Shown piece after piece: positions 37,773 to 47,624 of a stretch of 64,000 nucleotides of DNA. Each line of letters opens with the position of its first letter. Position 1 is the stretch's first letter. The notes beneath the pieces are model-generated. The model was not told where the DNA came from, ran no database searches, and saw only the letters and a list, made by a program, of their open reading frames with translations. Both the position numbers and the translations under genes were made by a program. Source of the DNA: Gammaproteobacteria bacterium (lineage in GTDB: Bacteria > Pseudomonadota > Gammaproteobacteria > SZUA-229); assembly GCA_024636785.1 (NCBI GenBank), contig JAGXGK010000003.1:72027-136026 (forward strand), in the 5' to 3' direction.

Positions 37773-38890
37773 ATGTGCTGGAACTATGTCTGTCACCGGG
37801 ACTCGGCGGCCTCGAACTCTATGCTTTTCGCGCCGCGCAGGCCTTAAACGAACAGCATCAGGTCGTCGCCGTAATCAACCCGAGCAGCAAGCTAAAAGAC
37901 TATTTCGAAAAACATTCTTCGATCAGTCCAGACTACCTGAAATATTCGCGCAGCTACCTGCCGCTGATGAATGCCCGCCAACTGGCTAAGCTCATCGACC
38001 ATCATCAGATCGATGTCGTGCATATGCACTGGGGCAACGACCTTGCTGTGGCCGCGCTGGCGAAAAAACTTTCCCGGAACAAACCGGCTCTGGTTTACAC
38101 GCGCCAGATGAAAATCACCCGCAGCAAGGACGATCTCTATCATCGCTTTCTCTATCGTGAAATGGATCTGATGCTGACCATCACTAAACAGCTCGAGGCC
38201 GAAGCCCGAACCTTCATCAGCCGTTACGCCGAGCACATCACTACGCTCTATTATGGCGTTGATGCGCCCGATGAATTTATTGGTGACGCAGCCCGAAGCG
38301 AACGCCGTGCTGAGTTAGGTTTCAGCGATGATGATTTTATTATCGGCCTGATCGGCAGGCTGGAACATAACAAAGGTCAGCACCTGCTGATCGAAGCACT
38401 GTCGCTGGCCAGCCGCGATAATATCCAGCTGAAAGCACTGATCGCAGGTCACGAGATGACGCCCGGTTACCGCAACACGTTACGACGTCTGGCAGACTCA
38501 CTGGGCGTCGCCGGCAACATCGTGTTCATGGATTTCGTCAGCGAACCGCAGCAGATGATGCAGCTTTGCGATACCCTACTACTCGCCAGCGACGAAGAGA
38601 CGTTCGGCCTGGTGTTACCAGAAGCCATGCGCGCTGGTGTTGCTGTTGTCGGTAGCAACCGGGGAGGGGTTCCTGAAATCATCGACCACGAAGAGACCGG
38701 TCTGTTGTTTGAAAGTTTCGACATCGACAGTCTGTATGCGGCGATAAAACGCCTGTATCTGGAGCCTGAGTTTAAACAGCAGATTGCGGCACAGGGTAAG
38801 CGTAAGGCGGATGAGGTTTTCAATACTGAACAGCATTTCCAGATGCTCGAGCAACACCTGAAAAGAATCACCTACAGCACCAATAACTGA
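37769..38890 (+). CDS. Glycosyltransferase family 4 (GT-B, RfaG-like)
   Basis: EETFGLVLPEAMRAGVAVVGSNRGGVPEII is the E-x7-E region. 4-nt overlap with the upstream GT2 gene. Confidence 0.8.
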   Translation: MNVLELCLSPGLGGLELYAFRAAQALNEQHQVVAVINPSSKLKDYFEKHSSISPDYLKYSRSYLPLMNARQLAKLIDHHQIDVVHMHWGNDLAVAALAKKLSRNKPALVYTRQMKITRSKDDLYHRFLYREMDLMLTITKQLEAEARTFISRYAEHITTLYYGVDAPDEFIGDAARSERRAELGFSDDDFIIGLIGRLEHNKGQHLLIEALSLASRDNIQLKALIAGHEMTPGYRNTLRRLADSLGVAGNIVFMDFVSEPQQMMQLCDTLLLASDEETFGLVLPEAMRAGVAVVGSNRGGVPEIIDHEETGLLFESFDIDSLYAAIKRLYLEPEFKQQIAAQGKRKADEVFNTEQHFQMLEQHLKRITYSTNN

Positions 38891-38943
38891 TTATTGATTA
38901 CTTTAGGATATGGTTAGCCACACCTGAAGCAGGAAGACTCTTG

Positions 38944-39723
38944 ATGAAAGATTTTATTATTTTTTTTGTTAGCCGCATCATAAAAATATTCGCCAACCTT
39001 AGCAAGCTGGCGTGTTATGGCTTTCATCTATTCTTTCCCAATAAACGCTTTACCCTTCCCAGCCAGGCCAAGCCACTGCTAACAAGCAGCAGACCATCCA
39101 ATATACCCAGAATTTTATGGCAGACCAATTTCACCAACCGTGTGACGCTTGCCGTCTACCTCAATTATCTATTCAACCGCCTGCTCACCTATAATTTTGA
39201 GTACCGCTTCATGATCACCGAAGACCGCACAGCGTTTATCGAAGCGAACTACCCGGCAGAGATTTTTGAAAGCTACTCCAGAATTCAGATCGGCGCTGCA
39301 CAGGCCGATTTATGGCGACTACTGGTTCTGCAAAAATTTGGTGGCGTCTACATGGACATCGATGCACATCTGGTCTGGCCGTTAGGCGCGATCATAAATC
39401 CGGATTATGACGAACTTTATCTGTTAATGAAGCGCGGCGAAATCAGCAATTATTTTATCGCCAGCAAGAACAACAACGCACATCTCGATGAAATGATTCA
39501 GATCATCATGAACAACATAAAAGAAAACGTCATCAAAAATGTTTACGATTTAACCGGGCCGGGTGTATTCAATCAGTCGCTTGATGTGAACAGGGTCAAC
39601 ACCCGCAGCTATCGCTATCTGTGCAATCAGGGTAACTTCACCAATGAATATTTTCAGTACATCGACAAGCAGGAAGGCAAGTGGACCAAAGCCCAGCAGA
39701 AAATCGATATCATCAGGAAATAG
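38944..39723 (+). CDS. GT32-like glycosyltransferase (DXD sugar-binding region family)
   Basis: IPRILWQTNFT..., AAQADLWRLLVLQKFGGVYMDIDA (DXD). ATG 38944 lies just after TTG 38941. Confidence 0.7.
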   Translation: MKDFIIFFVSRIIKIFANLSKLACYGFHLFFPNKRFTLPSQAKPLLTSSRPSNIPRILWQTNFTNRVTLAVYLNYLFNRLLTYNFEYRFMITEDRTAFIEANYPAEIFESYSRIQIGAAQADLWRLLVLQKFGGVYMDIDAHLVWPLGAIINPDYDELYLLMKRGEISNYFIASKNNNAHLDEMIQIIMNNIKENVIKNVYDLTGPGVFNQSLDVNRVNTRSYRYLCNQGNFTNEYFQYIDKQEGKWTKAQQKIDIIRK

Positions 39724-39747
39724 GATATTAATCACCGCTATCGGGCG

Positions 39748-40794
39748 ATGGAGCTAATGCAAAAACCCCTGTCAAAAATTCTGGTTATCCGCAACGACAA
39801 ACTCGGTGACTTCATGCTGGCCTGGCCGAGCTTTCAGGCGCTCAGGCAGCTATTCCCCGAAGCACGCATTTATGCACTGGTACCGGCATACACCAGCCCG
39901 ATGGCGGAGATCTGTCCGTGGATTGATGAAGTCGTTCTGGATGAAAATCAACATGGCCTGTCGGACCTCATCAAAACCACAGCCCATTTAAAAGCATACA
40001 ACTTCGACGCTGCGTTATGCCTACACTCCACGCCTCGCATTGCGCTGGCATTATTCCTGGCCGGAATCCCGCACCGTTTTGCACCGGCTTCCCGCATCGA
40101 CCAGATCTTTTACAACCACACCCTGACTCAGCGCCGTTCACGTTCGGAAAAACCCGAGTACGAATACAATACTGATCTGGCCCTGTTTATGGGCCAACAC
40201 TTCGGCGTAAGTGGCAACTACAACCTGAAGCCACCGCTGCTGTCTTTTCCTGATAAAGAAGTTGAGCAGATCAGAAACCAGTTTTATGCCGAGTACCGTA
40301 TCGAACCTGACCGAAAACTTATTTTTGTCCATGCTGGTAGCGGCGGCTCAGCCACGAATTTATCTATTGAGCAGTACGCGCAACTGATTCAGCTGCTCTC
40401 GAGAAATCCCAAATTATTTTTTGTATTAACGGCAGGGCCCGGTGAACAGGCAGTAGTAAAAGAGTTATCTATACTGGTAAATGCTTGCGATCATATTACT
40501 TATCAGTCTACTAATGGCCTGGTTGAATTTTCAAAACTATTGAAGATTGCCAATATTTTCATTAGCGGTTCGACAGGCACATTGCATATTTCAGGCGCCC
40601 TGGACACTCCAACCGTTGCCTTTTACCCGGAACGAAGGTCCGCGACATTATTACGCTGGCAAACACTTAACACACCGAAGCACCGGCTTGCATTTACTAT
40701 TACTGATGAAGATAATGCATGCAAAAATATTTATATAGAAAATATCTGTATAGAGATTAACAATAAATACTTAAATTTAATAAATGTAATTTGA
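39748..40794 (+). CDS. Glycosyltransferase family 9 (heptosyltransferase family)
   Basis: ILVIRNDKLGDFMLAWPSFQAL and FISGSTGTLHISGAL motifs. Confidence 0.8.
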   Translation: MELMQKPLSKILVIRNDKLGDFMLAWPSFQALRQLFPEARIYALVPAYTSPMAEICPWIDEVVLDENQHGLSDLIKTTAHLKAYNFDAALCLHSTPRIALALFLAGIPHRFAPASRIDQIFYNHTLTQRRSRSEKPEYEYNTDLALFMGQHFGVSGNYNLKPPLLSFPDKEVEQIRNQFYAEYRIEPDRKLIFVHAGSGGSATNLSIEQYAQLIQLLSRNPKLFFVLTAGPGEQAVVKELSILVNACDHITYQSTNGLVEFSKLLKIANIFISGSTGTLHISGALDTPTVAFYPERRSATLLRWQTLNTPKHRLAFTITDEDNACKNIYIENICIEINNKYLNLINVI

Positions 40795-40837
40795 AAACCG
40801 TAAGCGCGAGCAATACAGCTCAAAGGACAGGAAAATC

Positions 40838-41854
40838 ATGAAGACATGGTATATCAGAGGCGTTTGGGCAACAAAAAAAGCTAAACAAAATCTTGCCCGA
40901 CTCTCATTTGAAGACGTAAAAAGTATCGCGGTAATTCGACACGCTGCTCTTGGTGACATGGTATTGACTCGCTGCTTCATCATTGAGGCGAGAAAATTAT
41001 TCCCTAATGCAAAAATAACCCTGAGCGTTATCAGCAATTACACGCGCGGCATTCCCGAGGATCTGGTTGATCGCGTCCACATCATTCATGGCACTGATCA
41101 GCGCGGCGCGTCCCTGCTCAAACGCATCAGGAAGATTCGCGAACTTGGCTATCATGACCTTATTTTTGATCTTGCCGGCGGCAACCGATCATTCATGACC
41201 TGTTTATTTACACCGGCGATGGTCAAATTCGGTTTTCCCTACAGAAAACTTCGTGCGCTGATGTTTTACGATGTAACAACCTGTCGTACAGATCTTAATT
41301 TCGAGGTCAATGATATGCTAAGTATGCTGCACGTATTGGGTGCAAAAACCCACTATCCGCACATTTATAATATGCCTGGTCAGCCTTTAAAAAGAGAGAA
41401 GCCGTACATTGTTTACTTCATCGGTGCATCGGATGCTTATAAGTGCTGGCCACTAAATAATTTCTCAGACTTGATAAAAAACATATCAGAACAGTACCCC
41501 AATCACGATCACCTGATACTCGAAGGCATAAAAGACTGGGAAAGTGCTAATGAAATCCTGCGGTGCGCCGCTCATGACAAGAATGTTCAGGTTGTCAACA
41601 CAGAGACTATAGATGACACCACTTCGCTACTTAAAGGTGCTGATCTGGTGGTCTCAAATGACACGGGGATTCGCCATGTGGCCATTACCTGTGAGACACC
41701 AACAGTTGGTATATTTATTGGAGGCCCCTACCGCTACTGGCCCAGATATGATATCCATGACGCAGTCTTTCCATCATTGGAAGACAGCATTGTTTCGGTA
41801 GACGAAGTTACATCCTCATGCCTCAATATGCTGAGCAAAACGATCATAAACTAG
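40838..41854 (+). CDS. Glycosyltransferase family 9 (heptosyltransferase family)
   Basis: IAVIRHAALGDMVLTRCF and VVSNDTGIRHVAI motifs. Confidence 0.75.
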   Translation: MKTWYIRGVWATKKAKQNLARLSFEDVKSIAVIRHAALGDMVLTRCFIIEARKLFPNAKITLSVISNYTRGIPEDLVDRVHIIHGTDQRGASLLKRIRKIRELGYHDLIFDLAGGNRSFMTCLFTPAMVKFGFPYRKLRALMFYDVTTCRTDLNFEVNDMLSMLHVLGAKTHYPHIYNMPGQPLKREKPYIVYFIGASDAYKCWPLNNFSDLIKNISEQYPNHDHLILEGIKDWESANEILRCAAHDKNVQVVNTETIDDTTSLLKGADLVVSNDTGIRHVAITCETPTVGIFIGGPYRYWPRYDIHDAVFPSLEDSIVSVDEVTSSCLNMLSKTIIN

Positions 41855-42240
41855 CTGTATTCTTCGTATGATTTCTCTTCGACAAAATCAGAACCCAACT
41901 TCAGGTTAATATCGCGCTTAACCTGTGAGCGACGATCATTGGTGTAATAAACGGCACGAGCCAGCTTGATAAATTCAGCATCAAACAGCTTATTCGATTC
42001 CATTTCACGGATATCATCCTCTATATCCCACAATTCCTCATTAATAGTTTTAAGCTCAGTTACTTCAGACTCCACATCGGAACGTGAGAACGTCAACTGT
42101 TGAAGCAAGTTGTTCAGGTAATCCAGTTCCTTGTTAATATTTTCCAGCTTGCCTGAATCCTTGATTTTTTCATGCTTGATTTCAAGAATTGTCAGCTTAT
42201 CGAAAAACTCGCCAATTGATATTTCTATATTTACGTTCAT
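41851..42240 (-). CDS. Conserved hypothetical coiled-coil protein (DUF6165-like, seen in glycan loci)
   Basis: IEISIGEFFDKLTILEIKHEKIKD...NINKEL...EELWDIEDDIR. The family assignment is from memory only. Confidence 0.55.
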   Translation of the reverse strand: MNVNIEISIGEFFDKLTILEIKHEKIKDSGKLENINKELDYLNNLLQQLTFSRSDVESEVTELKTINEELWDIEDDIREMESNKLFDAEFIKLARAVYYTNDRRSQVKRDINLKLGSDFVEEKSYEEYS

Positions 42241-42488
42241 ATTGTAATTTATTAACTCCAGAATAAATTAAAAGGTTAAACATCCTGACCATTTTAGCAA
42301 ATAACTTTATTGCATGGCTCATATTCTGCTGTAGCGGACAGGGTCTGTAACTACCACCATAGCCATACAAGCTCTATAACGGTCGAAGAATCACCTACTC
42401 AGCAAGGCGGTACGAGGTGAGAATGACATGGGTGTTATCAATATTGTAAACTCTACGACAGAAGAAATCTCACTAATGAAGCCACCTT

Positions 42489-43376
42489 ATGAACCATCCA
42501 ATTAGCATTATACTCCCCAATTATAACGGTGCCGGACTTCTAGAAAAAAACCTGCCCTCACTGCTTGAGGCTATTAATGGCTTCAAATATGAAATTATCG
42601 TCATCGATGACTGCTCCAGTGATAACAGCGTCAGGTTTCTCGAACAATCCTATCCCGACATAACAGTAATACAGAATGAAGTTAACCTGGGATTCTCCGC
42701 CACCTGCAACAAGGGCATACGCGCATCACGAATGGAGCTTCTATGCGTAGTCAACACTGATGTCACTTTCACCCCGGACTACTTCACTAAAACGATCAAG
42801 GAATTTGACGACGTCTCACTGTTTGCCGTCAAAGGCGACATCATCAACTACAACAGCTCTTTTGAAGACGTTATCAATATCGACAGAACTACCCTTCTCT
42901 ATTACAAACGCGGCTTTCTGCGCTTCGATACAAAGACACCACTGACTAAGCGAACACTGATAACAGGAGATAACGCACAATTTATCGGCTTAGGCTGCTG
43001 CTTCGTTTGCAGACGGGAGCAGATGTTAGACCTCGGCGGATTTGATGAGATTTACTCACCGTTCTACTGGGAAGACTGTGATCTCGGACGAAGAGCCATG
43101 CAAAAAGGCTTCAAGCTGCTGTACCTGCCCGAAGCCAATGTTTTCCATCAGGCCAGCTCAACAATCAGCAATTACCGAAGCCACAGCCAACGCAGACTGG
43201 TCTCGAACCGCAACAAATTCCTGTTCACCTGGCGACACCTTGACAGGAAACGGCTATGGCTATCACATGCCCCGGTAACATTGCTAAACCTGTTAAGCCG
43301 ATGGCTAATACTTGACTGGAAGTACTATGCTGCTTTTTTCTATGCTATAAAACGCCAACTTAAATTTAATCGGTAA
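42489..43376 (+). CDS. Glycosyltransferase family 2
   Basis: ISIILPNYNGAGLLEKNL...IIVIDDCSSDNS...NTD..., then YWEDCDL. Confidence 0.85.
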   Translation: MNHPISIILPNYNGAGLLEKNLPSLLEAINGFKYEIIVIDDCSSDNSVRFLEQSYPDITVIQNEVNLGFSATCNKGIRASRMELLCVVNTDVTFTPDYFTKTIKEFDDVSLFAVKGDIINYNSSFEDVINIDRTTLLYYKRGFLRFDTKTPLTKRTLITGDNAQFIGLGCCFVCRREQMLDLGGFDEIYSPFYWEDCDLGRRAMQKGFKLLYLPEANVFHQASSTISNYRSHSQRRLVSNRNKFLFTWRHLDRKRLWLSHAPVTLLNLLSRWLILDWKYYAAFFYAIKRQLKFNR

Positions 43377-43381
43377 CAACT

Positions 43382-43915
43382 ATGACATCAGCAACAAACA
43401 TCGTGATTATCAACCTAGGATGTGGTAACAATAAAAGACCCGAAGAAATCGGCGTAGACATAATAGATGGACCATGCGTCGATGTTGTCGCAGACCTTAA
43501 CGTCTACCCAATGCCCTTTGAGGACAACAGCGCAGACATCATCAGATCATCGCATTGTTTTGAGCATCTGGATAATACTGTGACACTAATGGAAGATATT
43601 CACCGAATTCTGAAACCCGGCGGCATTCTGGAATTTTCCGTGCCGCACGTTAGCAATATAGAATTTTTTCGCGACCCGACACATAGGCGACCCTTTACAC
43701 TAGGCACAATGGACTATTTTGTGCACGGGACACTAGTGCCAAAATACACAAACGTCGAATTCGAATATATCACAAGAGAACTTAGATTTGGCGGCGGCTT
43801 GCGCGGCAAGATAGGTAAACTACTAGCAAAAATATCTGCGCGTCGATATGAAAAATATTATTGCTGGAAATACCCCAGCAACGAAATATACTTTTCTTTA
43901 CGTGCACTCAAATAA
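43382..43915 (+). CDS. Class I SAM-dependent methyltransferase
   Basis: IINLGCGNN motif I, SADIIRSSHCFEHL, LKPGGILEF. Confidence 0.8.
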   Translation: MTSATNIVIINLGCGNNKRPEEIGVDIIDGPCVDVVADLNVYPMPFEDNSADIIRSSHCFEHLDNTVTLMEDIHRILKPGGILEFSVPHVSNIEFFRDPTHRRPFTLGTMDYFVHGTLVPKYTNVEFEYITRELRFGGGLRGKIGKLLAKISARRYEKYYCWKYPSNEIYFSLRALK

Positions 43916-44665
43916 TTACAAATCTGCACGCTCTGCATAAATCCAGTCATTCGCAAAGCTTATGCCATAGTTGAAAGGCTTTATTCTGTAACCATTTTTC
44001 TCTAATGTCGAAACCACAAACTCCTTGGTGCGAAAATACTCACCATCACCGTTATTAGCCCTGAAATCGTGACAGGAAATAATAAATCGTTTGATAAAGC
44101 TAAAATTATCAATACCTTGAAGAATTTCTTTTTCAGCACCTTCGATATTCATCTTAAAGAGATCAATCCTGTCTATTTTATAGCGCCGAAGGAAATCAGC
44201 CCATTCCATGGTAGGCACATCAATATAACCTTCTGGAATTTCGCCAACAGCCGCGTAAGAAAAATGACTGACAAACTTCACTGACTCGGCATCAGTAATA
44301 GCATATGGCGATGCAATAAACTTTTCACCAGGCTGCCTAAAGGTATTTGCCAGACACTCAAATATAACTGGCTGAGCCTCAACTCCAATATACGTTACAT
44401 CTGGTGACTTGCTGGCCACATACAAAGCCTCATCGCCATATCCTGCACCAAGATCGACAACAACATCATTGCCTTTTGGCAGATAGTGATGGAAGAATAG
44501 ATTCTCACATACCCAAAGGATATCCGACTCCTTTGCCAGATGTTTTGGGAGACGGATATACACCCACTTCCCAAAGCGTTTATGCCTATAGAACCCGGTA
44601 GACTTATCGAATTTTACCTGTAGTAAACGGCTAACTCGTTTTTCTATACTATTAAACAGTTTCAT
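43916..44665 (-). CDS. FkbM-family methyltransferase
   Basis: VVVDLGAGYGDEALY...IGVEAQP...LFKMNIEGAEKEIL. Its stop abuts the stop of the convergent gene. Confidence 0.8.
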   Translation of the reverse strand: MKLFNSIEKRVSRLLQVKFDKSTGFYRHKRFGKWVYIRLPKHLAKESDILWVCENLFFHHYLPKGNDVVVDLGAGYGDEALYVASKSPDVTYIGVEAQPVIFECLANTFRQPGEKFIASPYAITDAESVKFVSHFSYAAVGEIPEGYIDVPTMEWADFLRRYKIDRIDLFKMNIEGAEKEILQGIDNFSFIKRFIISCHDFRANNGDGEYFRTKEFVVSTLEKNGYRIKPFNYGISFANDWIYAERADL

Positions 44666-44725
44666 ACTTAGATATCACTAGTGATTTTCAAATATCTCCC
44701 ATTAAGACCTGTTCAGATCGGTATC

Positions 44726-45454
44726 TTAGATCCTGAAAAAACTTTTTAATTTATTTTTCCATTCACGCGTCTTATTTCTTGGAGGGTTATATTGTTTTAT
44801 TTTTTCTTCTCCTGTTCTCATATGTTTTGGCATTTCAACAATGTCCTTTTCTATAACTAATATACTGTCGTAAAAGTGCAGAGAACGGGCAGATTTAGAA
44901 AACTCTGTAACCTCAAGCTTTGGCGTTTGTGAATGTCAGGCATTGATACTATCAATAAGATTTTTTGTATATTCGATAAACGTCCCGTGTTTCTTATAAC
45001 CTCCACCTCCCCAGCCTTTCCAATATGATGTATGCATATCCTCACACAAATAGGCGCCATGGGCACTCACATGCGGAAACAGCTCTTCAAACGTACTAAT
45101 CTGCTGCTGCATTCGGTGTCCACCGTCATCAATCAGGATGTCGATACGCGGTATATCTCTCGCCAATGATTTTAAAAATTGCCGATCTTCCTGATCACCT
45201 ATAAATATTTCGATGCAGTCTTCTTCCAGCTCCTTGCAATAGGGATTTATATCCACACCATAGATCTTGCAATCCGGGCCGAAATACTCTTTCCACATTT
45301 GAAGCGAACCGCCCTCGGAAACACCAAACTCAACCACATGAACATCCGTACCCCTGAATCGGGAAAAATGGCGATCGTAGACATCAAAATAATGCTGCCA
45401 CTTATGTATAGATCGATCCGTGTTCTCGGTAAAATATTTTTCAAGATCATTCAT
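44726..45454 (-). pseudogene. Class I SAM-dependent methyltransferase interrupted by an in-frame TGA (at 44936-44938)
   Basis: The 172-codon ORF ends ...LIDSINA-TGA. The same frame then stays open for 69 more codons (HSQTPKLEVTEFSKSARSLHFYDSILVIEK...) to TAA 44726-44728. VVEFGVSEGGSLQMW is motif I. Confidence 0.65.
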
Positions 45455-45507
45455 CTTGCCATCCCCGCATTTTTCTCAATGTTGTTAATTATAAATCTTT
45501 AATAAAA

Positions 45508-46599
45508 TTAATCGAGTAATTCCAGCCACTCATTAATTTCTCTATCAACAGAGAAATATTTTTTAGCCAAATCAATATTTACTTTCGATCTTGATCGCTC
45601 ATTTATGATATCAGAGGCAACACCGTGTAGCTCCTTTGATAAGCCAGCTATATCTTTATTTTTTACGATATGAACATAAAAGCCCATCTCCAGAAACTCC
45701 GGGAAGACAGTATTATCATAGGAGACGCAAATAAGCCCGAAATGTAACGCCTCTATGTATGAACCGGGCATACCTTCGCCTGAGCTTGGAAACAAAAATA
45801 TATCCGCCTTTTTCAGGTAAGAATTTACGTCCTCGACATAGCCTTCCATATTAATCGATGATTTATAGGGCGATGACTCCACCGCCTGAACCAGCTCATT
45901 CATATAGTCATCGCCTTCACTACCACCCACCAGACTTAATGAAAACCTGATGCCTGCCTCATGGAGACCATGGCATGCCTTAACTGCGTCAACCTGCCCC
46001 TTGCCCTGTGCGACACGGCCAACGTGAACAATGTTCAGGCATTCTGCATCGTTGCTATCATCCGGCTTATCGTTTTCATCGAAGTTAAAGGAGGGACGAA
46101 TCACCCTATAATTTTCCAGCTCTGTGATTGGCGCAATCTGCTTTACGTTTCTTTCCAGATGTTTTGAGATGGCGACATGCTGGTTAACGCATGAATAAAC
46201 CAGCCTGTGGAAGGCGTCTCTTTTGGGGCGGCTCTTTGTCGTGCCGTGCCATACGGTAACATTCAAATTCTTTCCCAGGAACGAGAAGTACAGCGTTTTT
46301 AACTCCGAGGCGCCAAAGAAGATTACATTTTTTATATCACGCTTATCAATTATCGCCCGCACCTGAAACAGCATCGAAGGGCTGAATGTTCTGCTCATAA
46401 ATGAAACGGTTTCGCAGGCATACGGGTAATCGCCTTCATCATAAAGCCTCTGTGTAAACGACCCTTTCTTACAGAGCAGCGTGACCTCTGAAATTTTAGA
46501 CAAGGTCTCTGCCAGCCGCACCGCAGATCGCTCCATGCCGCCGGTACCGCTGGAAAAGCAGATTACTGCGACTGGTCTTGTTTTTTTATTCACGGTCAT
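45508..46599 (-). CDS. Glycosyltransferase family 4 (GT-B)
   Basis: FLFPSSGEGMPGSYIEALHFGLICVSYD is the E-x7-E region. 4-nt overlap with waaF. Confidence 0.8.
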   Translation of the reverse strand: MTVNKKTRPVAVICFSSGTGGMERSAVRLAETLSKISEVTLLCKKGSFTQRLYDEGDYPYACETVSFMSRTFSPSMLFQVRAIIDKRDIKNVIFFGASELKTLYFSFLGKNLNVTVWHGTTKSRPKRDAFHRLVYSCVNQHVAISKHLERNVKQIAPITELENYRVIRPSFNFDENDKPDDSNDAECLNIVHVGRVAQGKGQVDAVKACHGLHEAGIRFSLSLVGGSEGDDYMNELVQAVESSPYKSSINMEGYVEDVNSYLKKADIFLFPSSGEGMPGSYIEALHFGLICVSYDNTVFPEFLEMGFYVHIVKNKDIAGLSKELHGVASDIINERSRSKVNIDLAKKYFSVDREINEWLELLD

Positions 46600-47621
46600 C
46601 GTTGCTGCTGCAACCTCTCGTATACTTGTTCTGCCGGTATTTCAACCAGGCAGTTGGTATGACCCAGGGGGCAATCGCGTTTGAAGCAGGGGCTACAGGA
46701 TAAATTTTTATAAAAGATATTCATCTTTTCAGCTAAAGCCAGCGGCGGTGTATAGTCCGGCGTGGAGGAACCATAAATCACATTAAGCTTGATGCCCACA
46801 GCAGCCGCTACGTGCATCAGCCCGGAATCATTGGTTACCGCCTGCTCGGCGCAGGAAAGCAGATCGACGGCGTCGACCAGTTCGGTGTGGCCGGAGAGGT
46901 TAATCGCGTGTTGCATTAGCCCTGAGGTAATGGCATCACCGAGGGCTTTCTCTTTGGCTGAGCCGATCACCCAGACCTGATAGCCTTTATCGATCAACAG
47001 CGTTGCCAGTTGCCGGTAATGTTTTTCCGGCCACTGTTTTGCAGGGCCGTATTCGGCACCTGGCATCATGGCGATTACCGGGCGGACAAGATCAAGATCC
47101 AGCTCTTTTATTAACCGTTCGCGATTGCTTGCGTCCACTTCCAGACGGGGAAAAGGAATGTCCGGAACCTGATTGAAGTCGCTGTCATAAGCATGTGCCA
47201 CGTAGCGCTGCACGGTCTGCTTGAGCAGGTTTTTATCCAGTTGGCGTATGTCGTTGAGCAGACCGTAACGCATTTCGCCGCGATAGCCGGTGCGCACTTT
47301 TGCGCCGGCAAAAAAAGGTACCAGCGCTGATTTCCATGAGCGCGGCAGTACGATGGCGTGGCTGCAACCGTGCTTGCGCAATGACCTGCCTAACCTGATT
47401 CTGCCCAGCAGTGAAAATTCGCCATGCCCAACCGCCAGTGCTATACCGCGGTTAACCTGCGGCATTCGCTCAAGTATCGGTAGCGACCACGCAGGTGCAA
47501 TCACGTCAATGCTGCAATCCGGATAAAGTTTTTTCAGCGTGATAAATAAAGACTGCGCCATCACCATATCGCCGACCCAGGAGGGGCCGACAATCAAATA
47601 GCGTCTGGGCGTATCGGACAT
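46596..47621 (-). CDS. waaF: ADP-heptose:LPS heptosyltransferase II
   Basis: YLIVGPSWVGDMVMAQSLF, LPRSWKSALVPFFAG, VTNDSGLMHVAAA, CSPCFKRDCPLGH. This is the typical WaaF pattern. Confidence 0.85.
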   Translation of the reverse strand: MSDTPRRYLIVGPSWVGDMVMAQSLFITLKKLYPDCSIDVIAPAWSLPILERMPQVNRGIALAVGHGEFSLLGRIRLGRSLRKHGCSHAIVLPRSWKSALVPFFAGAKVRTGYRGEMRYGLLNDIRQLDKNLLKQTVQRYVAHAYDSDFNQVPDIPFPRLEVDASNRERLIKELDLDLVRPVIAMMPGAEYGPAKQWPEKHYRQLATLLIDKGYQVWVIGSAKEKALGDAITSGLMQHAINLSGHTELVDAVDLLSCAEQAVTNDSGLMHVAAAVGIKLNVIYGSSTPDYTPPLALAEKMNIFYKNLSCSPCFKRDCPLGHTNCLVEIPAEQVYERLQQQR

Positions 47622-47624
47622 GAT

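Noticed and set aside
44936-44938. The in-frame TGA in the methyltransferase gene as a possible selenocysteine codon, which was tempting given the selenium-linked genes elsewhere in the window.
   Set aside because: I see no convincing SECIS-type hairpin in the 40 nt downstream. The position corresponds, from memory, to a Trp in homologs, and the enzyme class is not a known selenoprotein.
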